From IMG/VR virus record IMGVR_UViG_3300045988_065349: a stretch of 38,980 nucleotides of DNA; one strand, given 5' to 3'. The first letter of the stretch is position 1. Every line of letters begins with the position of its first letter. A program made the position numbers and the translations under genes. Of this stretch, positions 17,453 through 23,364 are shown in pieces. The notes below the pieces were generated by a model. It was given only the letters and a program-made list of their open reading frames with translations, did not search any database and had not been told where the DNA came from. The DNA is from a virus.

Positions 17453-17791
17453 ATGACAGTGACGATAGATCAGGCCATGCGCGGCGCGATGCGCTACGCA
17501 GACAATGAGGTCATCCCGCACCTGCCGGGCGGCAAGGGCATCGGGGCCGGGATCATGCTGGCCCTCATCATGGAGGGCAGCCGCGAGAAGATCCTCGCGC
17601 TGCGCGAAAATCCGGCGGTAAAGATGATGCAGATCTTCGACGAAGCCGGAAACATCGACCTCGACAAGCTCTATAACGCGGCGCGTCCGCGCTTTGAAAA
17701 CAAGCTGGCCGTATCGGTGCCGCTGCTGGGCGATCTGCGCTTTGATCAGAACGACGTGGACAAACTCTACCGATACATGCAGGAGGCGTGA
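17453..17791 (+). CDS. Unknown protein (112 aa)
   Basis: RBS aaaggagg. The coding-looking sequence carries a short hydrophobic GKGIGAGIMLALIM segment. Confidence 0.65.
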   Translation: MTVTIDQAMRGAMRYADNEVIPHLPGGKGIGAGIMLALIMEGSREKILALRENPAVKMMQIFDEAGNIDLDKLYNAARPRFENKLAVSVPLLGDLRFDQNDVDKLYRYMQEA

Positions 17792-17795
17792 CGAG

Positions 17796-18269
17796 ATGAA
17801 AGAATATATCGAAAAGCTTTACACAAAACTGCACGAGGCCATGGAGAAACCTGTGACGCTGGGCAGCGCGGAGGAAGTCGGCCTGTACGCAAAGACGATC
17901 CGCAGGCTGGAAAAGCTGAACTGCCGCGAAGACCAGCCGGAAGCGGCAGAGTTTGACCGAGAGACGGCCATGCAGTGGGCCGAGCGCATGCAGAATGCCG
18001 ACGGCTCGACCGGCCCGCACTGGACGATGGAGCAGACTTCCGCCGTCGCGGATGCGAGCGGAGCCGGGCACGGTATTCCGCAATGGGTTTTCGGCGTGAC
18101 GATGAACATGATGTACTCGGACTACTACGACGTGGCGCGGAAGTTCGGTGTCAACGTGCCGGAGTTCTACGCGGAGCTGGCGCGGGCGTTCTTGATGGAT
18201 AAGGACGGCCCCGGCCCGGAGGAAAAGCTTTGTGCGTATTACAGGTGCATTGTGAAGCAAAAACGTTAG
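17796..18269 (+). CDS. Unknown protein (157 aa)
   Basis: RBS ggagg about 10 nt upstream of the ATG at 17796. Soluble-looking, with a GPHWTMEQT...MNMMYSDYYDVARKFG motif. Confidence 0.7.
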   Translation: MKEYIEKLYTKLHEAMEKPVTLGSAEEVGLYAKTIRRLEKLNCREDQPEAAEFDRETAMQWAERMQNADGSTGPHWTMEQTSAVADASGAGHGIPQWVFGVTMNMMYSDYYDVARKFGVNVPEFYAELARAFLMDKDGPGPEEKLCAYYRCIVKQKR

Positions 18270-18283
18270 CATTTTTCGTTAGC
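18264..18283 (+). repeat. Direct repeat CGTTAGCATTTTTCGTTAGC (candidate integrase arm-type site, left of attP core)
   Basis: Matches 18494-18512 except for one extra T. Each copy contains CGTTAGC twice. Confidence 0.5.
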
Positions 18284-18386
18284 GTTTTGTGTTCTGAGCG
18301 CACAAAATTACTTGCGTAAATATAGAATATTTTCTGCGTTCGCAGAAAGGAGAAAATGCCCAAAAGCATTGATGCGCAAAGAAAAG

Positions 18387-18419
18387 CCCGCAATCTCAAT
18401 GGATTGCGGGTTTTCTTTT
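18387..18419 (+). terminator. Bidirectional rho-independent terminator
   Basis: 9-bp stem CCCGCAATC/GATTGCGGG, with an A-run upstream and TTTTCTTTT downstream. Confidence 0.8.
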
Positions 18420-18422
18420 GTG

Positions 18423-18446
18423 TGGCAGGGGATGAGGGATTCGAAC
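18423..18446 (-). other. attP core: 3' end of a tRNA gene (T-loop, T-stem 3' strand, acceptor 3' strand, discriminator G, CCA)
   Basis: The minus strand reads GTTCGAATCCCTCATCCCCTGCCA. The upstream bases cannot form the T-stem, so this is a fragment and not a tRNA gene. Confidence 0.7.
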
Positions 18447-18476
18447 AGGAATACATGCTGAAAAACACGGGAAAAA

Positions 18477-19517
18477 TCAATCGCTTTTTGAGCCGTTAGC
18501 ATTTTCGTTAGCAAGCTCGTAAAATGCGGCCATTTTATTTTGGGCTTTCAGGCGGTCGGACTTGGCGAGATGCGTATAGATATTGCGCATGGTATTGTAG
18601 TCAGACCAGCCGCCGATCTCCATTGCCTCAAGTTCTGACATGCCGAGATGATAGGCGAGGGATGCGAAGCTGTGACGCAGGCCGTGCGCACCGACATTCG
18701 GAATGCCAAGCTGCGCACAGACATCCTCCATGGTACGGTAGAGCGCACAGGGCGTACCCTCCCAAACGGGACCGGAAGTCTTGCCGGTGCGCTGCAAGGC
18801 GTCCAGAAGCTGCGGGATCATAATCGGGACATAGCGGGTGCTGGCGGCGGTCTTGGTCTGCTCCTTGCGGACGATCTTGTTATCCGCGTTTTGCACGGCG
18901 GAGGCGTGGACATGGATTGTCCTGCTCTTTATGTCGATATCAGAATAGTCAAGCGCCATGATCTCGGACCGGCGAAGAGAGTGCAGCGCAAGCAGCGCGG
19001 GAATTTCATATTTGCGGCCTTTCAGGAGCGGAAGGACTTTTAAAACGTCCTCTGGCTGCAAGAATGGCCGCTCTTTTTTCTGCCCGCGCGGGAGACGGAC
19101 ATCCGGGACGGGCACGCCGGCAGCGCGCAGGCAGGAGGCCGTAAAACCCCATGCGTTTTTCAGGGTCTTTACGGCGACCGGCTCGGCATCGATTACCTTC
19201 TGCCAGTCGATCTTAACGGGAGGCATATCCAGAACGCTCTGGAAGCGGTGTGCTTTGATGATCTCATAGCCGCGGATTGTCGCGGGAGATGTATCAGACG
19301 GAAGGGCAGCTATATAGTCCGTCATGAGGTCGCGGACGGTCTTGTCCGTCTTGTATTTGATTTCGCGCTGGTCGGCGCGGTGCTGGGCCTTGATGAGCTG
19401 CGCCTGCTTGATGCAGTCGGAGCGCGTGAGGGCGGAGACGGGGATGCTCTCGCCGCCAAGGCGGAGCTGGATGAACCATGTGCCGGATTTCAGTTTGCGA
19501 GGCTCGGGGACTTTCAT
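18477..19517 (-). CDS. int: Tyrosine integrase
   Basis: C-terminal catalytic region is readable (LALHSLRRSE, AHGLRHSFASLA, NIYTHL). ATG at 19517 has RBS gaggtgg and a 4-nt overlap with the upstream gene. The ORF-track extension to 19652 was judged non-coding. Confidence 0.9.
   Translation of the reverse strand: MKVPEPRKLKSGTWFIQLRLGGESIPVSALTRSDCIKQAQLIKAQHRADQREIKYKTDKTVRDLMTDYIAALPSDTSPATIRGYEIIKAHRFQSVLDMPPVKIDWQKVIDAEPVAVKTLKNAWGFTASCLRAAGVPVPDVRLPRGQKKERPFLQPEDVLKVLPLLKGRKYEIPALLALHSLRRSEIMALDYSDIDIKSRTIHVHASAVQNADNKIVRKEQTKTAASTRYVPIMIPQLLDALQRTGKTSGPVWEGTPCALYRTMEDVCAQLGIPNVGAHGLRHSFASLAYHLGMSELEAMEIGGWSDYNTMRNIYTHLAKSDRLKAQNKMAAFYELANENANGSKSD
18494..18512 (+). repeat. Direct repeat CGTTAGCATTTTCGTTAGC (candidate arm-type site, right of attP core, inside the int 3' end)
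   Basis: See 18264-18283. Confidence 0.5.
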
Positions 19518-20002
19518 AGCGCACCACCTCGCAGGCGCGCAAAGGCGCTTGCCGCTGCTTCTATTGGCCCGCGTATCCAGCCAACGCCGAGGTTGGACAG
19601 ATCGATAAGGAGCGCGCCCATGGCCAGCAGCACCAGTATACCGAAGATCCACGCAAGCGCCCGGTATGTTGCGAGCTGCTCCCGCGCGTGCTTCAGCTTC
19701 AACGCCGATATCTCGATTTTTGTATTGGCTTCCTGTAGCTTCTGCGTCAGCTCCTGCACAGCCTGCTGAAGCTCAGTCGGATCGACCGGGGCGTCGATGT
19801 CGCAGCAATCGTCCAGCGAGACACCGAGCATTTTGCAGATAGGGCCTGCCGTTCCCAGCGGCGGGTCTTTTGTCGCGCCGCGCAGGAAATTGTTGACGGT
19901 GGATGGGCTGAGCCCGGTTTCATCAACGATATCCTGATTTGTAATTTTAGGGTACGCGCCGCTTTTCGCTTTCTGGCATGCATCTACAACTTTTTGATTC
20001 AA
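19514..20002 (-). CDS. Membrane-anchored HTH protein (XRE-like HTH, coiled coil, C-terminal TM)
   Basis: TTG start. ITNQDIVDETGLSPSTVNNFLRG is HTH-like. TM segment ALAWIFGILVLLAMGALLI. Translationally coupled to int. Confidence 0.7.
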   Translation of the reverse strand: MNQKVVDACQKAKSGAYPKITNQDIVDETGLSPSTVNNFLRGATKDPPLGTAGPICKMLGVSLDDCCDIDAPVDPTELQQAVQELTQKLQEANTKIEISALKLKHAREQLATYRALAWIFGILVLLAMGALLIDLSNLGVGWIRGPIEAAASAFARLRGGAL

Positions 20003-20122
20003 AAAATCACTCTTTTCGGCAAAATGTTAGGATGTGAATATGGAAATTCGATGGTGCGTCTTGTAATATTTACCATGTTCGGCGTATGGTATGACTACAG
20101 GCGCTCCCAATCGTCTGGCCAC

Positions 20123-20160
20123 AAAAGCCCCGTGCCGACGCAGGCACGCCGGTACGGGGC
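20123..20160 (-). terminator. Terminator-like hairpin after the 20232-20960 gene
   Basis: GC-rich inverted repeat GCCCCGTGCC...GGTACGGGGC (one mismatch), followed on the minus strand by TTTT. Confidence 0.5.
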
Positions 20161-20231
20161 AATCTCATATGCGATCATCACATCAGCCTCTTTCTCAATA
20201 TCAGCCCGGTGGTGTCAGAATTGGGCACCGT

Positions 20232-20960
20232 CTATGGGTGGCATTTCCCACAAGGGCTATAGCCCTTGCTTATCATCTCGTCACGTGTGCCGGTAGCGGT
20301 TGATCGGTTCTTATCCTTGATGCGGTCGGCGCTGGAGCAGCCATGCGTGTGAAATACCTTCGTATTTGTGTTCAAAATATACGAATGTGCAGCTTGTTCG
20401 CTTGTATCTTCAGTCGAGTCCGATTCAATCTCCTCTTCCGCATATGGGTTTCCGCCGATGCTCTCATAATATGCCGCAGCGGCCTCCGCCTGCTCTTCCT
20501 CCGTGTAATACAAGTCGCCAGTGCCCGGCGTCACAGTGTCGGCAGATGCAAACTGATTCTCCTGCGTCAGTTTCAAATCCGGGGCATATTCCTCAACGTT
20601 GCTCGTATTCAGCCGCTCACCGCTCGGCTCTTTGCTTACGTGAGGCACCCTCTTCAGCAGGTTTGATATAGCGCCGATCAGTATGAAAGCGAAGCAAACA
20701 ATTGCAAGGACTCTAATCCATAGCGGCCGTTCCCGCACCCTCTGTGTGGAGCTGTCTTTTTGTTGGGCCGTGTCGGAATTGGACACTGCTGCACACGTTC
20801 CGGCGGCCACAGCAGTCCATAGGTGGCGTTGCATCTTACGCTTCCGGCCATCTTTTGTAGTCGGGATACCAGTTGCCCGCGCAATACGCTGCTTTGCAGC
20901 AGTTATTCCCAGCGCACGATTGAGTGAAAACCCTGGAATAAGCGATTTCTTTCGGCTCAT
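20232..20960 (-). CDS. Single-pass membrane protein with a C-terminal Ada-like ('sunset'-type) Cys/His motif
   Basis: RBS aggtga. Basic N-terminus, TM segment LWIRVLAIVCFAFILIGAI, acidic linker, then VFHTHGCSSADRI...GYSPCGKCHP. Confidence 0.7.
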   Translation of the reverse strand: MSRKKSLIPGFSLNRALGITAAKQRIARATGIPTTKDGRKRKMQRHLWTAVAAGTCAAVSNSDTAQQKDSSTQRVRERPLWIRVLAIVCFAFILIGAISNLLKRVPHVSKEPSGERLNTSNVEEYAPDLKLTQENQFASADTVTPGTGDLYYTEEEQAEAAAAYYESIGGNPYAEEEIESDSTEDTSEQAAHSYILNTNTKVFHTHGCSSADRIKDKNRSTATGTRDEMISKGYSPCGKCHP

Positions 20961-21042
20961 AGCACATCACCTGTCCATTAAACCGGACTTATTGCGTGCC
21001 CGGCTGTAGAAATTTCATGCAGAAAATTGTAAGTTCTGGCAA

Positions 21043-21071
21043 TTGATATTTTGAAACTACTGTTCTAAAAT
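21043..21071 (+). promoter_or_regulatory. Candidate promoter TTGATA-17 nt-TAAAAT pointing into the 3' end of the repressor gene
   Basis: Near-consensus hexamers with a 17-nt spacer. An ATATCTC operator half-site (21076-21082) lies at the predicted transcription start. Confidence 0.45.
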
Positions 21072-21101
21072 TAAAATATCTCACAGAAAGGATGCGACGA
21101 G

Positions 21102-21209
21102 ATGGACGAAAAACGCGAAGCGCTAAAAGCCATGATCTCCACCATGACGGAGGAGCAATTTATCTGGTTTATAGCTCAAGCGCGGCTTTTGCTAGATCAT
21201 AAAGCTTAA
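21102..21209 (+). CDS. Candidate 35-aa ORF convergent with and overlapping the repressor 3' end
   Basis: RBS gaaagga 8 nt upstream. Peptide is MDEKREALKAMISTMTEEQFIWFIAQARLLLDHKA. Too short for confidence. Confidence 0.3.
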   Translation: MDEKREALKAMISTMTEEQFIWFIAQARLLLDHKA

Positions 21210-21492
21210 GCACCTTATCGTCCGGTAACTCGTCAATCAAATTATACATAGCCTGCTTGGCCTCGCTGACGTTGTCGGCGAGGCTTACTTTTTTGCTCTC
21301 AGATAGTCCAAGAAGATAATCGACGGACACCCCAAAAAAGGATGCAATTCGCTTAATGGTTTCATCGTCGAGCCTGCGCGTCCCCGCTTCCCACTGTGAC
21401 ACTGTGTTTTGCGCTGCACCTATTTCTTTTGCAAATTGCTTTTGCGTTAAACCCGCTTCTTTTCGTAATTCTTTTAATCGCATTGGCCTCAC
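21169..21492 (-). CDS. CI-like repressor (XRE-family HTH)
   Basis: LKELRKEAGLTQKQFAKEIGAAQNTVSQWEAG is a classic XRE HTH. Divergent from the Cro-like gene. RBS aggtgagg. Confidence 0.85.
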   Translation of the reverse strand: MRPMRLKELRKEAGLTQKQFAKEIGAAQNTVSQWEAGTRRLDDETIKRIASFFGVSVDYLLGLSESKKVSLADNVSEAKQAMYNLIDELPDDKVLKLYDLAKAALEL

Positions 21493-21500
21493 CTAATTAC

Positions 21501-21529
21501 ATTATCGCCATTGGAGATATAAATGTAAA
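21501..21529 (-). promoter_or_regulatory. Candidate repressor promoter (TTTACA-17 nt-GATAAT on the minus strand)
   Basis: Hexamers and spacing were read on the reverse complement. A GAGATAT half-site lies in the spacer. Confidence 0.5.
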
Positions 21530-21559
21530 ATATTTTTTGATGAATATCTCAAAAAGAGA

Positions 21560-21588
21560 TTGACAAAATAATTGGTGTGTGGTAATAT
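21560..21588 (+). promoter_or_regulatory. Early rightward promoter TTGACA-17 nt-TAATAT (with a TG extended -10)
   Basis: Consensus -35, 17-nt spacer, TGgTAATAT. Confidence 0.7.
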
Positions 21589-21603
21589 CTCGACATGAGA
21601 TAT
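21585..21603. promoter_or_regulatory. Palindromic operator ATATCTC-N5-GAGATAT overlapping the rightward -10
   Basis: Perfect 7-5-7 inverted repeat. The same half-site recurs at 21514-21520, 21544-21550 and 21076-21082. Confidence 0.6.
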
Positions 21604-21614
21604 TTTTTTTGGGG

Positions 21615-21824
21615 GTGATTCAAACGAACGGACTTAGAAAAAAACGTCTCAACGCTGGCCTCTCGCAGGCTGAGCTTGCGGCAATGTTGGGGACTGTGCA
21701 ATCCGCAGTATCTGCGTGGGAATCTGGCGAGAAAATGCCCCGCGCCTCGCAGCTTCCGGCGCTGGCCAAGGCGCTGAGCTGCACCATCGATGAGCTGTAC
21801 GCGCCGCCGGAAAAAACTGCGTAG
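21615..21824 (+). CDS. Cro-like XRE HTH protein
   Basis: LRKKRLNAGLSQAELAAMLGTVQSAVSAWESG. The ORF-track start (21579) lies inside the promoter, so a downstream GTG (21615) or TTG (21609) start is more likely. Confidence 0.75.
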   Translation: MIQTNGLRKKRLNAGLSQAELAAMLGTVQSAVSAWESGEKMPRASQLPALAKALSCTIDELYAPPEKTA

Positions 21825-21833
21825 GAGGGTGCA

Positions 21834-22019
21834 ATGCGAAACAACAGAAAACTCCGACAACTGGAGAGGCGAGTCGCCGCGCTGGAGAAGCTCCACGCGC
21901 AACGCAGCGTCCGCGTGGAGGTATCTCCTCAGCCGGTCGATTTCGACCAAATCAGTCAGATTCTCGATTCTCGAAATAATCCGAAAGAAACTGATGATAG
22001 GCCGCAAGGTACGCAATAG
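21834..22019 (+). CDS. Hypothetical small coiled-coil protein
   Basis: Strong RBS aggaggg. The N-terminal part is heptad-like. Its 3' end overlaps a convergent minus-strand gene. Confidence 0.5.
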   Translation: MRNNRKLRQLERRVAALEKLHAQRSVRVEVSPQPVDFDQISQILDSRNNPKETDDRPQGTQ

Positions 22020-22194
22020 CCATTTTGTTCGCAACTGCCAACGTTTGACCAGCAACGTCAGAGGCAAACGCGGAAACGGACTCCGGCGTCTTGTCCTCAA
22101 GTTGGTAGATCACGAGTTTGCTTGCGTTTTGGCCAACTTCATGCTCAATCGAGCGGAGATATGGCTCGAACTCGTGGAAATTCGGAAATTGCAT
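21952..22194 (-). CDS. Hypothetical 80-aa protein encoded antisense to the early operon
   Basis: RBS gagggtg precedes the ATG at 22194. Protein-like composition in a low-GC patch. Candidate promoter TTGACT-17-TAAGAT lies at 22245-22217 on the minus strand. Confidence 0.55.
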   Translation of the reverse strand: MQFPNFHEFEPYLRSIEHEVGQNASKLVIYQLEDKTPESVSAFASDVAGQTLAVANKMAIAYLAAYHQFLSDYFENRESD

Positions 22195-22261
22195 TTTCAC
22201 ACCCTCTTTCGCCTGCATCTTAGCATAGAGGCGAAAGGAAGTCAAAGAAGGAGGCAACCGC

Positions 22262-22372
22262 TTGAGCCGAGAAGAACGTGAAAACAGGAGCTTCCTGCGG
22301 CGGCTGGTCGTCAGCTCGATCGTCGGAATCCTGTGCATCGTGAGGATGCTCCGCATCCTCGGAGTGATCTGA
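22262..22372 (+). CDS. Candidate 36-aa membrane peptide
   Basis: RBS gaaggagg 7 nt before a TTG start. Peptide is MSREERENRSFLRRLVVSSIVGILCIVRMLRILGVI. Its stop abuts the RBS of the next gene. Confidence 0.45.
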   Translation: MSREERENRSFLRRLVVSSIVGILCIVRMLRILGVI

Positions 22373-22386
22373 AAGGAGGGAACCCT

Positions 22387-22626
22387 ATGCCGAAGCTCAG
22401 AGTTGAGCGCACGACGGATTACCGGCTGACGGCAATGATTCGCGGCGAGATGGCCGCGCAGTCGGTGCCGGTTGCGACGGCATGCCGCTATGCGGGCTGC
22501 TGTACGAACACCCTGTACAAGATTTTCGAGTCGCCGACCGCATATATGGACAAGACGCTGCGCCTGATGCGCGGCCTGCACATCCCCATTGAGTCGGTAC
22601 GCGAAGCGATCACCTACCCCTATTGA
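22387..22626 (+). CDS. Hypothetical small DNA-binding-like protein (79 aa)
   Basis: RBS aaaggaggg. An HTH-like segment, VATACRYAGCCTNTLYKIF. Confidence 0.6.
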   Translation: MPKLRVERTTDYRLTAMIRGEMAAQSVPVATACRYAGCCTNTLYKIFESPTAYMDKTLRLMRGLHIPIESVREAITYPY

Positions 22627-22639
22627 GGAGATGAGAGAG

Positions 22640-22750
22640 ATGGAGGAGAAGGAAACCCGATTTGTGACGGACGCAGACGATCTGGCGATCATCCGGCGCT
22701 GGCGCGAGCTGAACGGCATCACGCCGCAGCAGCTGCCGCAGTCCGCCTGA
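22640..22750 (+). CDS. Candidate 36-aa ORF
   Basis: RBS gaggag 9 nt upstream. Short, with no recognisable motif. Confidence 0.35.
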   Translation: MEEKETRFVTDADDLAIIRRWRELNGITPQQLPQSA

Positions 22751-22782
22751 TAACATTATCCCACAAAATTGGAGAAAAAGAC

Positions 22783-23241
22783 ATGGAACAGGAATACACA
22801 AATATCTGCCGGGCGTGCAGGAATGCTGCGCATCTGAGTCAGGAGCAGTGGGCAGAGGCTCTTCATGTATCCGTCGATACGGTCAAGGGCTGGGAACGCG
22901 ATATCCGCATCCCGTCAAACTATCACGTCTGTCTGATGGTAGATCTGTGCGGCGAATCGTGGTATGCGTACAAGCACCTGCGCCAGACTTCGGACTGCCT
23001 GGGCGTGCTGCCCGATACCGAGCGCCAGCCGCTGCCGCTGGCTGTGATCCGGCTGGTCAACCGCATTATTCGCTTTGCCGACCGGAACCGCGACAAGCAG
23101 CTGCTTCAGATCGCCGAGGACGGCGCGATCGACGAAAAAGAGCGCCCGACCTACGACGAGATCGTGCGCGAACTGAATGATATCATCGGTGCGGCGTATA
23201 CGCTGCGCTACGCGGAGGGTGCCAGCCATGCGGAAAAATGA
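22783..23241 (+). CDS. XRE-type HTH regulator with a C-terminal helical domain
   Basis: CRNAAHLSQEQWAEALHVSVDTVKGWERD is HTH-like. RBS ggagaaaaag. Confidence 0.7.
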   Translation: MEQEYTNICRACRNAAHLSQEQWAEALHVSVDTVKGWERDIRIPSNYHVCLMVDLCGESWYAYKHLRQTSDCLGVLPDTERQPLPLAVIRLVNRIIRFADRNRDKQLLQIAEDGAIDEKERPTYDEIVRELNDIIGAAYTLRYAEGASHAEK

Positions 23242-23364
23242 GCATAAAAAGAACCGCCCGGCTGCTGCGAACAACCGGACGGTCGATTCCGAAAACGGAA
23301 TCACGAAAGCATATTTAGTATATCACCAGTTTTGCAAAAATGCAAGGGTGGGAGGTGAAAAGTT

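Noticed and set aside
18423-18446. Possible tRNA gene.
   Set aside because: Only the 3'-terminal 24 nt of a tRNA are present. Upstream bases cannot form the T-stem, anticodon arm or D arm. It is interpreted as the attP core, not as an RNA gene.
18356-18499. 47-codon + strand ORF with a good RBS (aaaggag) spanning the terminator hairpin, the attP core and the integrase 3' end.
   Set aside because: It runs through a strong terminator stem and the tRNA fragment. It would be split by integration and has no protein-like features. It is most likely a chance ORF. It could be revisited if Ribo-seq shows translation.
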